From: Gammaproteobacteria bacterium
GTDB lineage: Bacteria; Pseudomonadota; Gammaproteobacteria; Eutrophobiales; Eutrophobiaceae
Assembly: GCA_965243205.1 (NCBI GenBank)
Contig: CBDEUK010000001.1
Coordinates: 32,001-96,000 of the forward strand
Reading direction: 5' to 3'
DNA length: 64,000 bases
Every line of letters begins with the position of its first letter. Within the stretch, counting starts at the first letter, position 1. Under the pieces are notes generated by a model. The model saw only the letters and a program-made list of their open reading frames with translations, searched no databases and was not told the DNA's origin. Positions 46,414 through 57,492 of the stretch are shown here, piece after piece. The position numbers were made by a program, and so were the translations under genes.

Positions 46414-47385
46414 TTAAGTCTTTTTTATTTTATTGCTCAAATACCAATCAAAATACTTATCCAATCCATCATTGATAGTAATTTTTTTTTGAAACCCTTT
46501 TTCTATTAATTTAGTAGGAAAAAATTTTTTCATAGGCTCTATATTATCTTTACCTTGAATATATAAAATCAGTTTCAAAAAATATATATGAAACTTCCAT
46601 GGTGGAACTTTATGGCGCTTCAATTTAAATTTATCAATAATGTATTTTTCTACAAATTTATAGTTATTATTTGGATCATCATCATCTGTTACAAAATAAA
46701 TTGATTTAGATTCGATTGAATAATCTTCTATAAAAAATAGAATTGAACGCAATAAATTATCTATATATACAAGATTTAACGACCTATTTTGATAAATTAT
46801 TGACCTCATATAATTTAGAGTTGTTTTTTTGCATAAAATATCTTTGATAATTTTATCCAAGCCTATCGTTAAAGGACCAAATACCAAACCAGATCTAAGA
46901 ATGGAAAAACTTTGATATGCTAAAGAATTGTTTTTAATCACTACTTTCTCAAGCTCATATTTTTCTTTTGCATAATCGGAATAAGGTTTAGGTATATCTA
47001 ATTCAGATGGTTTTATAGATTTTAATCGGCCACAAACATCAATCGTGCTAATATGTATAAATTTTTTAACAGATACTTTTTTACATATATCTATAAAATT
47101 GTTTAATAACAATAGATTATAGTCATCATACTTTTTTCTAGAATACGCTAGATTAATAGCTACTACATTATTTTCAAATTCAATTTCCCATTTATTTGAT
47201 TTTGATAAATCAATTTCTATGACTTTAATATTTGAAAATTGATTATATAACTCTAGAGTTTTAGCATCTCTAGTTAAAGCATAGACTTTATATTTTTGAT
47301 CATTTGATAATTTATTCAGAAGTGCTTTTCCAATTACCCCTGATGCTCCAGTTATAATTAAATCTGTAATATCAGAATTTTCCAC
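46414..47385 (-). CDS. NAD-dependent epimerase/dehydratase family protein
   Basis: ITGASGVIG, HIST, YAKEK; GTG start. Confidence 0.75.
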   Translation of the reverse strand: MENSDITDLIITGASGVIGKALLNKLSNDQKYKVYALTRDAKTLELYNQFSNIKVIEIDLSKSNKWEIEFENNVVAINLAYSRKKYDDYNLLLLNNFIDICKKVSVKKFIHISTIDVCGRLKSIKPSELDIPKPYSDYAKEKYELEKVVIKNNSLAYQSFSILRSGLVFGPLTIGLDKIIKDILCKKTTLNYMRSIIYQNRSLNLVYIDNLLRSILFFIEDYSIESKSIYFVTDDDDPNNNYKFVEKYIIDKFKLKRHKVPPWKFHIYFLKLILYIQGKDNIEPMKKFFPTKLIEKGFQKKITINDGLDKYFDWYLSNKIKKT

Positions 47386-48245
47386 TACTTTGATTTATAA
47401 TTACTAATTAAACGTTTATAAATATAAGAAAGGATGCTCACAATATAAAAAAAATAAATCCTAAAGCTATTGCTTTTCTTTAAACTCATTAAATGACGTC
47501 TAACTTTATAATCACCATAAAGGTTATGAAGCCATTGTTTAAATGTATGTTCTATTGCTTCTACTTTATCTAAATAACATTTAGATTGCTTGTTAACTAA
47601 TAAACGAACTCCATTTTTTTTTAGCCAGAAAGAATGAACAACATCCTCTCCAAAAGCTTTTCCTTTAAAAGGGAAATAATTTTTTAAAACTAAATTTTCC
47701 CTAAAATGCATTACGCAACCACCGGCCAGCCATTCTGTTTCGAAAGTATCATTAAAAAATTCATTTGATGAGATACCAACAGCTGAGCCTGTTTTATCAA
47801 TCTTCCCAGGCTGATATCCTTCTTTCCCATTCATTAAATAATAATAAACAGTCTCAATGTACGGATGATATTTTTTTCTAGAATAAATTGACTGATGAGT
47901 ATCAACATCCAACATAACAGGAGCTACAGCGACTTTGTTATTTTCAGAATTTAATGTATCCATTAATATCTCTATACAATGTCTATCTAATAAAATGTCA
48001 TCATCCATTTGCATTACATATTCACCTAAAGCTGCATTAAATCCAAAAGCTCTCTGAGATACTTGACCTCTATCTTTAGTCATTATTTTTCGAACATTAT
48101 CATCATTAATTTCTATATTGTCTATTTCAGGTTCGGGAGTGCAAATAAGAATTTCATCTGGAATAATCGTGCTTTGATTAATACTTGTTATTGTATCTTT
48201 AAGGGTTCCACCACCTAAAGTTGCTATAACAACACTTAGCTTCAT
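47385..48245 (-). CDS. GT2 glycosyltransferase
   Basis: LSVVIAT, MDDD, GGC and GED motifs. Confidence 0.85.
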   Translation of the reverse strand: MKLSVVIATLGGGTLKDTITSINQSTIIPDEILICTPEPEIDNIEINDDNVRKIMTKDRGQVSQRAFGFNAALGEYVMQMDDDILLDRHCIEILMDTLNSENNKVAVAPVMLDVDTHQSIYSRKKYHPYIETVYYYLMNGKEGYQPGKIDKTGSAVGISSNEFFNDTFETEWLAGGCVMHFRENLVLKNYFPFKGKAFGEDVVHSFWLKKNGVRLLVNKQSKCYLDKVEAIEHTFKQWLHNLYGDYKVRRHLMSLKKSNSFRIYFFYIVSILSYIYKRLISNYKSK

Positions 48246-48251
48246 TATTAC

Positions 48252-50132
48252 CTAATATCCATTTAAATCTAATAAAGCTCGCCATCTTGGTAGCTTTCTA
48301 TCTAAGTAAAAATAATCTTGGTGACTATTATTATTTTTTTTAGATGTAACGTTAATTATTGTCTCTGCTAATTTATATGAGTTAGTAATATATGTATTAC
48401 TTTCAATATCACGTAAAGGACTTACATTAAAACTATTACCATCAAGAATTTGCAATACAGGCACTCCCATACTATACAAATCAACAGCTGAAGAGGTTAT
48501 ATTACTGGTAAAAGCAACATCACATTTTTTTCCAATACTAGCTAATGTATCATCTGTTAAAATAATATTAAGATCTGAAATGATTTTATGGCTAATTGGT
48601 TGTGCAGGATGTGGCTTCAATATATATCGAGTATTTTTTGGTAATGATTTTGCCGCTATTGCCACCCATGACAATAATTTAAGATTAGTTGAAGAAAGAA
48701 AATCTCCACAAATCAATACTGTAAGATACTCATGATTATTCTCTCTATTGATTGGCTGAGCTAAATGTAAATATCTCAATGCTTCTACTTCAATAATTTC
48801 GTTTTTTGGATATCCAGCTTCAATATAATTTTTTTTTGCAACTTGGCCATTAACAGCTATTTTACTTGGTCTAGGCAAAGAAAGTTTTTCTATATTAGAA
48901 AAATTCCTGTTGTCATAAAAATATCTTAAATCCCAATATCGTACTGTTGAGTGGGGTACACCAATTAGCTCAGACTGTTTATATCTATTCCATATTTGAA
49001 TAAGTGCCATTTCCCATGGTTGATTTTCTTGAATATAAACCCCTACGTTTTGAGACGATAAATTTGAGAATGTTTTGTTGTAGAGCGCTATTCTAATACA
49101 ATTCATCATTGCATCTTGCCCCCTCAAAGAATTAATAAAATCTTTTTGAAAAAAACTTTTATAATCAAACGTACCACCTGATACAAGAAAAAAACCTCTA
49201 TTATTTATTAAAAAAACTGAAAGAAACCATAATTGATAATAAAGTTTAAGTGCCTTTATATATACTATAAGGTTTAAATTAGATTCAATTAATACGTGTT
49301 GTTGATTATCATTTGAAGTTTTATTGATTTCTTCAAGAAATTTTTTGGCAGAAGAAGATTTAAGCAAAGGTTTGTGAGGATAGTAATTATGTAGCCAAAC
49401 CACATTTTTTTTTGATTCATTTAACTTATCAACAAGTTCATGCCAGTAATTAGATTTAAATTTTTTATTAACATAAGAATCTTTATCTAAATGAATTAGC
49501 ACATCTACAATTACAATATCACTACTAATAAAATCTTTTCTCTTTCCAAATATGAGAGGAATATTTTTAAAAAAATACACCATATAAAAAATATGAGCTT
49601 TAACTGTGTATGGTAAAAAATGATAAAGCTTTTTTAGATCAAATTTAAAATGAGATGGTTTCGACTTATAATTAGTATAAAATTTTATTCCATTAATTTT
49701 ACAATAATACTGTATAGTTCTTATTAAAAACTTATTATTTCCTTTATAAATAATATGACTACTTTTATATTTTTTAATAATTTCTTCAAGCAAGAAACAT
49801 TTAATAGTATTGGATATCTGAGAATTATCAGAAATATTGTATCTTTGTGCTATAGAAGTCATCCACCAATAGCTAAAACCCGGATATAATTGAAGATATT
49901 CAACAATTTTTTTATCCTTGATTTTTTTTTCACTTATATCATATATCCAAGCTAAATATTTTGATCTATAGTAGTCACTATTTTCTTCAACTACTTTTGG
50001 AATTGAGATAATATTTTTATCATCTGGTTGTTCGTAACTATTCCAAAGTAAAGTAATATCTTTATTTTTCTTAGGTAATTCTTCTAAATCCCAAATAATA
50101 ATTTTACTATAATTATTGGTATCTTTGTCCAT
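48252..50132 (-). CDS. Surface carbohydrate biosynthesis protein (LIC13510-like, GT-B-like C-terminus)
   Basis: SYWWMT, ENQPWE, HSTVRYWDLRY, VEALRY, LKPHP, TSSAVD; family assigned from memory. Confidence 0.6.
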   Translation of the reverse strand: MDKDTNNYSKIIIWDLEELPKKNKDITLLWNSYEQPDDKNIISIPKVVEENSDYYRSKYLAWIYDISEKKIKDKKIVEYLQLYPGFSYWWMTSIAQRYNISDNSQISNTIKCFLLEEIIKKYKSSHIIYKGNNKFLIRTIQYYCKINGIKFYTNYKSKPSHFKFDLKKLYHFLPYTVKAHIFYMVYFFKNIPLIFGKRKDFISSDIVIVDVLIHLDKDSYVNKKFKSNYWHELVDKLNESKKNVVWLHNYYPHKPLLKSSSAKKFLEEINKTSNDNQQHVLIESNLNLIVYIKALKLYYQLWFLSVFLINNRGFFLVSGGTFDYKSFFQKDFINSLRGQDAMMNCIRIALYNKTFSNLSSQNVGVYIQENQPWEMALIQIWNRYKQSELIGVPHSTVRYWDLRYFYDNRNFSNIEKLSLPRPSKIAVNGQVAKKNYIEAGYPKNEIIEVEALRYLHLAQPINRENNHEYLTVLICGDFLSSTNLKLLSWVAIAAKSLPKNTRYILKPHPAQPISHKIISDLNIILTDDTLASIGKKCDVAFTSNITSSAVDLYSMGVPVLQILDGNSFNVSPLRDIESNTYITNSYKLAETIINVTSKKNNNSHQDYFYLDRKLPRWRALLDLNGY

Positions 50133-50140
50133 GGGACGGT

Positions 50141-50887
50141 TTAATATAAGTCCTTCATAAGTTTTTCAACCATAACTAAATCTTCAACTGTATCGACAGC
50201 GTGAGTATTAAATTTCGTGGGCGCCATATAAACAGACATCCCATGCTCTAATACTCGCATCATATCGACAGATTCTGCGACTTCTAATGGAGTTGGAGTG
50301 ATTTCATTATACTGTAATAGAAAATCTCGTTTAAACGGAATAACACAAACTTGTTTATACATAGGCACTTTATCTTCTTTTGCCCGTGTTGGAATAGGCT
50401 CTCTTGAAAAATAAATCGCATTATTATTTAAATCACAGACTACTTTTATACAATTTCTATCTTCAAACTCTTCGATTGTTTTTATCTCAGCAATCAGGTT
50501 AGTAACTTTAATAGTTTCATCTTCTAACATTGGTTGTACAGCTTCAGATATCATATCAGGATGAGTCATTGGTTCATCACCTTGTACCATAACTACAATG
50601 TCGTATTTTATATTATGTTGTTTTTCCAATTTGATTAGAGCTTCTGCACACCTATCTGATGCTCGTTCGTGTGTATTACTCGTCATAACTGCTATTCCAC
50701 CAAGTGATTCTATATAATCGTATATTTCTTGATCACATGTTGCTACAGCTGTCATGGTTAATAATTTTGATTGTGCTACTCGTTCATAAACATGACCGAT
50801 CATGGGTTTCTCTAAAATTTTAGCCATAGGCTTTCCAGGGAAACGACTACTACCCATACGGGCAGGTATTAATGCGAGAATATTCAT
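50141..50887 (-). CDS. kdsB: CMP-Kdo synthetase-family cytidylyltransferase
   Basis: IPARMGSSRFPGKP, VQGDEP, YFSREPIP, LEVAESVDMMRVLEHG, VDT. ATG 50887 preferred. May act on a non-Kdo ulosonate. Confidence 0.8.
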   Translation of the reverse strand: MNILALIPARMGSSRFPGKPMAKILEKPMIGHVYERVAQSKLLTMTAVATCDQEIYDYIESLGGIAVMTSNTHERASDRCAEALIKLEKQHNIKYDIVVMVQGDEPMTHPDMISEAVQPMLEDETIKVTNLIAEIKTIEEFEDRNCIKVVCDLNNNAIYFSREPIPTRAKEDKVPMYKQVCVIPFKRDFLLQYNEITPTPLEVAESVDMMRVLEHGMSVYMAPTKFNTHAVDTVEDLVMVEKLMKDLY

Positions 50888-50915
50888 AATAATTGTATAT
50901 ATCTTAGTGGTGTAG

Positions 50916-51830
50916 TTATGATTTACCAGCCCATTCAATAAAATCTGATAGGCCCTGTTCTAATTCAGTAAACTCAGTTAAATCTAATAATTCTTGAAGT
51001 TTTTTCTTATCCGCATATATTCCAGCTTGATCGCCTAAAGTAGGATCATCTATTGTGATTTTTGTATCATTTACTCTATTACAAATAATATCTAGTAATT
51101 GTTCCACTGTAGTTTTTATTCCAGTACCAATATTAATCATTTGGTTTAATGCTTTTTTTTCTATCGAAGCGCGCCACCAAGCTTCGACAACATCATCAAT
51201 ATAAATAAAATCTCTAAATCGATTAATGCTACCTTTCACTAGTATATGTTGATTCTTGAGCGCTTGTGCAAGATAAATACTAACCATGCCTTGACGTAAA
51301 TTATTCATATCCTGACCAGGCCCATACACATTAAACATTCGCATAGAAACAAAGGGTAAACTTTTTTGATATATTCTTAAGTAATTTTCGGAAGCCATTT
51401 TACCAATCCCATAACAAGACAATGGCTGCAATATCATATCTTCAGATATAGGTTGTTCAGGCACAGAACCATAGACCGACATAGAACTTGCATAAACAAT
51501 ACGCTCTGTTTGATTTTGAATACCATACTGAATTAAATTGAGAGTTGAAACGGTATTTTTATTAAGATCAATTACAGGATTATCAAAACTAATTTCACCA
51601 GATGATTGCCCTGCTAAATGGAGTATTTTATTGCAATTAACAGGTAAAACTTCTAATACTTTGTTATCAGAAAGATCTATTTCAATAAACTCTATATCTT
51701 CTGGAATATTTTTTATATTCCCATTCGATAAATCATCTATACCGATTACTTCATAACCTTCCGATACAAAACGTTGAGCAACATGTGAACCAATAAAACC
51801 AGCAACACCTGTTATAAGTATTCTATTCAT
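50916..51830 (-). CDS. NAD-dependent epimerase (GalE-like)
   Basis: TGVAGFIGSH, YGIGK, FNVYGPGQ, RDFIYIDD. Confidence 0.88.
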   Translation of the reverse strand: MNRILITGVAGFIGSHVAQRFVSEGYEVIGIDDLSNGNIKNIPEDIEFIEIDLSDNKVLEVLPVNCNKILHLAGQSSGEISFDNPVIDLNKNTVSTLNLIQYGIQNQTERIVYASSMSVYGSVPEQPISEDMILQPLSCYGIGKMASENYLRIYQKSLPFVSMRMFNVYGPGQDMNNLRQGMVSIYLAQALKNQHILVKGSINRFRDFIYIDDVVEAWWRASIEKKALNQMINIGTGIKTTVEQLLDIICNRVNDTKITIDDPTLGDQAGIYADKKKLQELLDLTEFTELEQGLSDFIEWAGKS

Positions 51831-52747
51831 CAATCGTTGGTAATTATTGCAATTAATGTATCACAACGTTTTTGTCGTATTAATTCTTGTTTATACATTT
51901 CTTCTAATTCATTGCCTAATATGTCAGTATATTTCCCCATACCACCAGGCTTACCATCTCTTGCCCAAGTCATATGATTGGAAAAATCATAACGTTGGTC
52001 TAATAGAATTTGAAATGGCTTATCCAGTTGTTTCAAAAGATAATTTAATGAATCTTCACTAAAGTACCAAGGATGTGCAATAGACCAATAAAATCTTTCA
52101 AACTCTGGTATATCATATACTGAATATAAAGGATCAGCGGCATTTGGAATTTCAAATACTATCTTGCCTCCAGTATTCAAAAGACTAAGTTGTTTTTTTA
52201 AAAAATCCAAAGGTTCTGAGATATGTTCTAATACAAAATAATGTTGAATTAAATCGAACTTAGTTTCTAAATCACGATTAACGAGTTCATCTAATGAATT
52301 ATGTACTACAATATTTTGTTGTTTCAAAAAATTAGTAAATAAGTTTGAGGGTTCAATTCCTGAGCAAGTATGTCCCATCTTGATCTGAGGAAATAACATA
52401 AATCCTGACGAACATCCAACCTCAAGGATATTTTTTTCACCAGTAAGGTGTTCAGAAAGATATTTAGAACGGCGTAAGTAAGTATGGTGGTTTGCTTTTA
52501 TATGTTGTTCGGCCTCCATCCATCCACCAGATTCACCACTCCTGCTTTGCATAAAGCCCTCAAATTCAGCGGCATAAAACTTCTCTTCGTCCTCTTTAGA
52601 AAGGCCTGGATATTGGTATCTAACATCACATTTATTGCAATGATAAAATGCTCTTATTTGATGTTTATCGCCAAAAACATGAGGTGTAACGATAGATTGG
52701 TATTTATGATTAGCGCCACACAAGGGACAATTTGAAGGTATTGGCAT
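51830..52747 (-). CDS. Class I SAM-dependent methyltransferase with N-terminal zinc ribbon
   Basis: CPLC and CNKC; LEVGCSSG; VLEHI; EIPN. Confidence 0.85.
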   Translation of the reverse strand: MPIPSNCPLCGANHKYQSIVTPHVFGDKHQIRAFYHCNKCDVRYQYPGLSKEDEEKFYAAEFEGFMQSRSGESGGWMEAEQHIKANHHTYLRRSKYLSEHLTGEKNILEVGCSSGFMLFPQIKMGHTCSGIEPSNLFTNFLKQQNIVVHNSLDELVNRDLETKFDLIQHYFVLEHISEPLDFLKKQLSLLNTGGKIVFEIPNAADPLYSVYDIPEFERFYWSIAHPWYFSEDSLNYLLKQLDKPFQILLDQRYDFSNHMTWARDGKPGGMGKYTDILGNELEEMYKQELIRQKRCDTLIAIITND

Positions 52748-52789
52748 ATGACTATTTAATATTTTTTTTAATTATATTCAAAAGATATT

Positions 52790-53365
52790 TTATATTATTC
52801 GTTTTACTATTTTAGCTGGATTACCTGCAACTATGACATCGCTAGGAACGTCGTTTGTTACGACCGAACCAGCAGCAATAATAGCTCGACTTCCAATATT
52901 AACGCCTCTTAATATAATTGAATTCGCAGATAATAATACATCATCACCAATAGATATTTTTTTTGGATCTAACTCAATTTGTTGAGGAAAAGGATAACCG
53001 AACTTTGCTTTATACTGCATATGTCGAATTTCATGATTAAGAGGATGCGTTCGATTATCCATTATCGTAACATTATGAGATATTAATACTCTATTTCCTA
53101 TATCAATTGATTCTAATGCCCAAATACGTGTATTAACTCCAATATAAGAATAGTCACCGATAGAAATATTTCCTTTATTTAAAAAACAATATAATTCACC
53201 AAAACATTTCACATAATCTCCAATTATAATTTTTCCATGTGAATTCTTATTAAGAAGAATTTTTGAAAAATCAACTGTTGTATTTTTCCCCTGTTGTAGA
53301 TTCACTCCAAATTTTCGGTATTTGAAGTATTGTTTTTTTAAAAAATAATTTATATCACTTAGCAA
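52790..53365 (-). CDS. Hexapeptide-repeat acyltransferase
   Basis: [30 protein letters not shown]. Confidence 0.88.
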   Translation of the reverse strand: MLSDINYFLKKQYFKYRKFGVNLQQGKNTTVDFSKILLNKNSHGKIIIGDYVKCFGELYCFLNKGNISIGDYSYIGVNTRIWALESIDIGNRVLISHNVTIMDNRTHPLNHEIRHMQYKAKFGYPFPQQIELDPKKISIGDDVLLSANSIILRGVNIGSRAIIAAGSVVTNDVPSDVIVAGNPAKIVKRII

Positions 53366-53368
53366 TGT

Positions 53369-54130
53369 TTATATATCAGGTTTTAAACAATTTTTATTTA
53401 AAAATACTGTATCTATTGAATATGCAATAAAACAGTATCCTTCATCAATTTTTTTTATTAATTCATTTTTATCCGGTTCCACTATATGTATACCGCATGG
53501 TATTTTATATTTAATAGCGGTTGATTTAATTTTATTAATCACATCAATAAATTCGTTAGTATCAAACTCACCCACTCGATTCATCGAAGCAGAAAGATCA
53601 TAAGGTCCTATTAAAATTGCATCTAAACCTTTAACTTTTAAAATATCATCTAGATTATCAAGAGCAGAGATATGTTCAATCATTGCAACCAAAATTGGTG
53701 ATTGAGCTTCTTCATTATATTCACTGAAATATTTTCCAAATAAATTAGCCCTAGAAAATGCCACGCCTCTTTCTCCAGATGGAGGCCAACAGCAATAATC
53801 TTTAATATCAGCTAGCTGTTTAGCTGAATGTACCATCGGAATGATCACACCACCGGCGCCAGCGTCTAATGCTTGTTTACATTCTTTTTGACAACCTTGA
53901 GCCAGCCTTACTAAGGGTAAGGTATCACCTAATTCCAATGCACGAAATAAGTTAGGTAATGATTGATTGTTTATTGCACCATGTTCAAGGTCAATTGCCA
54001 CCCAATCGTATCCAGCATCTCCCATTATTTCTGCTACAGACGCATCAGGCAATTGCATCCAGCTTCCAATTGATGGCAAATCATTAGCAAGAGTTTGTCT
54101 TATAACTTTAATTTTATCTATTCGATTCAT
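53369..54130 (-). CDS. HpcH/HpaI pyruvate aldolase family protein
   Basis: GYDWVAIDLEHG, LDAGAGGVIIPMV, PPSGERG, MIEH, IGPYDLSAS. Confidence 0.9.
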   Translation of the reverse strand: MNRIDKIKVIRQTLANDLPSIGSWMQLPDASVAEIMGDAGYDWVAIDLEHGAINNQSLPNLFRALELGDTLPLVRLAQGCQKECKQALDAGAGGVIIPMVHSAKQLADIKDYCCWPPSGERGVAFSRANLFGKYFSEYNEEAQSPILVAMIEHISALDNLDDILKVKGLDAILIGPYDLSASMNRVGEFDTNEFIDVINKIKSTAIKYKIPCGIHIVEPDKNELIKKIDEGYCFIAYSIDTVFLNKNCLKPDI

Positions 54131-54771
54131 AAACTAGTAAAATCTTTAATATTCATACCTTGAAAATCTTTAAATACTTCTTGATTTGAATTATGTCGTC
54201 TAAGAATAAAGTTTATATTATTTAATTCAGCAGCTTGTTGGTCAGCTATTGCATCACCTATCATTACACATTCATTGGAAGCAATATTTTTATTAGATAA
54301 TACAGTTTTAATTGCTTCTTTTTTACTTGTAGATGATCCAAAAACATCAGAAAAACATTTTATGAGTTTAAGCTCATTAAGAATAATATCCAATTCATTA
54401 TCTGGTGTAGCTGAAACTAAAATAAACTCCTGTTGAAACTGATTATTTCGAATATATTTCTCAACACCTGGAACCCAAGAAGATTTAATAACATTATTTA
54501 GTACTATCCTACTAAACTTATCAAATAACTTATCCAATACTTGCTGATTACAATCTTCACCTGCCCATTCCATATATAATGGAATTTTTTTAAAGCGCGA
54601 CATACCACCATTCGCTTCATGATGTTTTTTTACTTTTTGTACAATATTATCACCATAAGACTCAAATAATTGCATAAATGCTCTTGTTTTAACATCGACA
54701 GAATCTTTTATTACACCATCAAAATCCCAAAATATAATTTTTGATTCTACTAGAATAGTATTTACATTCAT
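54127..54771 (-). CDS. HAD-family phosphatase
   Basis: WDFDGVIKDS, VSAT, MIGDAIAD. Confidence 0.88.
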   Translation of the reverse strand: MNVNTILVESKIIFWDFDGVIKDSVDVKTRAFMQLFESYGDNIVQKVKKHHEANGGMSRFKKIPLYMEWAGEDCNQQVLDKLFDKFSRIVLNNVIKSSWVPGVEKYIRNNQFQQEFILVSATPDNELDIILNELKLIKCFSDVFGSSTSKKEAIKTVLSNKNIASNECVMIGDAIADQQAAELNNINFILRRHNSNQEVFKDFQGMNIKDFTSL

Positions 54772-55616
54772 GGCCTTTTCCATATTTGATTATATGAATT
54801 TTGAAACCCTGTAGTAGAAGATGCAATCATGTCAGAATGTAATTTTCCTTCCAGAACTAAACCCGACTCTTGTAATATTTTTTCACAATTATCTGCTTGT
54901 TCTTTAAAGTCATCATTGACTTCTATTAATATTTGTTTCACATTTTTTAAAATCTCTTTACATCCCATTAATATATAATGTTCTAATCCATCGACATCCA
55001 TTTTTATATATTCGGGTGCTGGAATAGACAGTATATTGAAAGCATCATCTCCTTTTAAACCATATGTTTGATATTCGAATATTTTTTTAATTTCTTTACC
55101 ATCCCAACCAAAAGCTCTGTCAAATGTTGATAGAGCACCACCCCATTCAGTAGTTGTTAATTGCATTTGACTAATACCATTCTTGTCACATAACGCAAAT
55201 GGGAGAATAGATATTTTATTAGAAAGTTTATTAAGATTAATATTTCTAGCCAATATCTCTAAATTAAACACTGAAGGTTCAAATGCCCATACATCTATAT
55301 TTCTAGTCTTTGCAGCATAAATAGAATATAAACCGACATTTGCTCCTATGTCCCATAATATAGATGCTTCGGGTAACGAATCTATCCAATTTAATGTCTC
55401 AGGTTCTTTTTTTGAAAAAGTCTCTGCTCGCCATGAACATAATCTATTTGGTGTAGAAAATATAAAATCCATATTATTATGTGTTAGTTCTTTCGTATCA
55501 TTAATAGAAATATCTATTATCTGATTATGTATGTACGAGCCTATACTAAAGCTTCTACTACTCTTTATTAGTGCATTAATAATCGTTTTAAGTAAAGACT
55601 TTATGTATTTAATCAT
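54768..55616 (-). CDS. FkbM-family methyltransferase
   Basis: WDIGANVGLYS, AFEPS, IKMDVDGLE. Confidence 0.9.
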   Translation of the reverse strand: MIKYIKSLLKTIINALIKSSRSFSIGSYIHNQIIDISINDTKELTHNNMDFIFSTPNRLCSWRAETFSKKEPETLNWIDSLPEASILWDIGANVGLYSIYAAKTRNIDVWAFEPSVFNLEILARNINLNKLSNKISILPFALCDKNGISQMQLTTTEWGGALSTFDRAFGWDGKEIKKIFEYQTYGLKGDDAFNILSIPAPEYIKMDVDGLEHYILMGCKEILKNVKQILIEVNDDFKEQADNCEKILQESGLVLEGKLHSDMIASSTTGFQNSYNQIWKRP

Positions 55617-55628
55617 TTAACAATCTAA

Positions 55629-56531
55629 TTAATTCTCTTGTTTTTCTTTAATTTCGGCTATTAACTCTAATAAACCTTGTCCTAAGTCAACATGCATAGG
55701 ATGAACATACTTTCTACCTAACTTTGGCTGATATGCATAAGGAGTTCTAATATAATGTCCTGTATGTTCGCTTTCATTGAATTTAACATTTTGATCCAGA
55801 CCTAATATTTCAGCAATCATCTTTAAGAAATCTAAAACTCGCATAGGCTCTTGGCCAGTTAGTACAACATGTTGATTACAAAACTCATCGTTTAATGCAG
55901 CAACACTAGCTATAGCTGCATCGACAACATGTATATATTCCCTCATTGCTTCTATACTGCCTTCGTAACTAACTTCTGATGTATCCAATGCACGTTTAAT
56001 TACTCTCCATACTCCATTATGATGATCCGATCGTGGTCCATATAAAGAACCATAACGCAATACCGTATAATCCAGATCAAAGTTACGTTTATATTCTTCA
56101 ATATAATTTTCAGCAGCAATTTTACTACAACGATAAAAACCACCTTCTCTGCTATGGACATAAACCGTACTTGCAAACATATAACGTTGAACATTATTTT
56201 TTACACAAGCATCTAGCACTTGTGCATTACCCAATATATTGACTTTCGCTGTCTCAACAGGCATTTTCATTGCAACATCTAAATCAGCAATTGCCGCAAA
56301 ATTATAAACTATGTCACAACCTTTAATTGCTTGGTCTAATTTCTCAACATTGAGTACATCATCAATAATTATTTCTTGATCTTTGCTAATATAAGGAGAG
56401 TCTTCTTTATCAAATATTCTAACTTCATAATCGTCATTACATAGGGCATCAACTACATGGCTCCCAAGAAAACCTGAACCGCCAATTACTAAAACTTTTT
56501 TTGCATCATCATTTTTCATTTTAATACTCAT
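55629..56531 (-). CDS. NAD-dependent epimerase/dehydratase
   Basis: GGSGFLGSH, YRCSK, RYGSLYGP. Confidence 0.88.
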   Translation of the reverse strand: MSIKMKNDDAKKVLVIGGSGFLGSHVVDALCNDDYEVRIFDKEDSPYISKDQEIIIDDVLNVEKLDQAIKGCDIVYNFAAIADLDVAMKMPVETAKVNILGNAQVLDACVKNNVQRYMFASTVYVHSREGGFYRCSKIAAENYIEEYKRNFDLDYTVLRYGSLYGPRSDHHNGVWRVIKRALDTSEVSYEGSIEAMREYIHVVDAAIASVAALNDEFCNQHVVLTGQEPMRVLDFLKMIAEILGLDQNVKFNESEHTGHYIRTPYAYQPKLGRKYVHPMHVDLGQGLLELIAEIKEKQEN

Positions 56532-56545
56532 CTGAATATTTTATT

Positions 56546-57475
56546 TTATAATAGACCATGCTCTTGCAAACCAACTATTAACCTAGCACATGCTTCCTGT
56601 TCCATCATACTTCTAGATTCAGCAGCATATGAACCCATATGAGCAGAAAATTGAATGTTATCTAATTCAAGTAATTTACCTTCGTATGGCTCATCAACAA
56701 AGCAATCAAAAGCAGCACCGCGTATTCGATTTTCATTTAAAGCGATATATAAAGCATCTTCATCAACAAGACCTCCTCTTGCCACGTTAATTAAAATAGC
56801 ATTATCTTTTAGTTTTTTAAAAACATCAGCATTAATAATATTATGTGATTCAGAACTATAAGGAACATGTAGGCTAATAATATCGCTATTTTGATAAATA
56901 TAATCTAAAGATACTTTTTCTATCTCTTCTGAAGCTTCTACATCATCGACATCATAGACGATAACTCTTTTAGCAAGAGGATGTAACATATTTGCAACTA
57001 AACGCCCTATACGGCCATAACCTATAATACCTATTGTTTGTTTTGATATTAAATTTCCCATCAATGGTTGCCATTCCCCTTTTCTTATTATTCGATCAGT
57101 TTCAGGTAAACGCCTAGCTAGAGAAAAGATATGAGCTAGTGTTAATTCAGCTACTGAACGACTTGGCGCATCAGGAGTATTAAAGATACTTATATTATTA
57201 TCTTTAGCATAGGTTAAATCGACATTATCTATTCCAATTCCACATCTTGAAATTACTTTTATATTTGGCGCTTTATTTAGAACAGATTCTGTTAAAGGTT
57301 CAACTCCAGCAACCATTCCGAATACGTCATCATCCATCAGTTCGGAAACTGTTTCTTCTGTCAATCGTTTTCCATATGGATTTGTTATAAGTTCATATCC
57401 TTTTGATTCAACTTTCTCTTTATCTATAAAATTATTTAAATTAAATGTTGATGTTGTAAATAGTAATTTTGGCAT
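56546..57475 (-). CDS. D-2-hydroxyacid dehydrogenase (phosphoglycerate dehydrogenase-like, no ACT domain)
   Basis: SRCGIGIDNVD, GYGRIG, INVARGGLVDE, EPY, HMGS. Confidence 0.88.
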   Translation of the reverse strand: MPKLLFTTSTFNLNNFIDKEKVESKGYELITNPYGKRLTEETVSELMDDDVFGMVAGVEPLTESVLNKAPNIKVISRCGIGIDNVDLTYAKDNNISIFNTPDAPSRSVAELTLAHIFSLARRLPETDRIIRKGEWQPLMGNLISKQTIGIIGYGRIGRLVANMLHPLAKRVIVYDVDDVEASEEIEKVSLDYIYQNSDIISLHVPYSSESHNIINADVFKKLKDNAILINVARGGLVDEDALYIALNENRIRGAAFDCFVDEPYEGKLLELDNIQFSAHMGSYAAESRSMMEQEACARLIVGLQEHGLL

Positions 57476-57492
57476 AATTATTTGCTACTGAT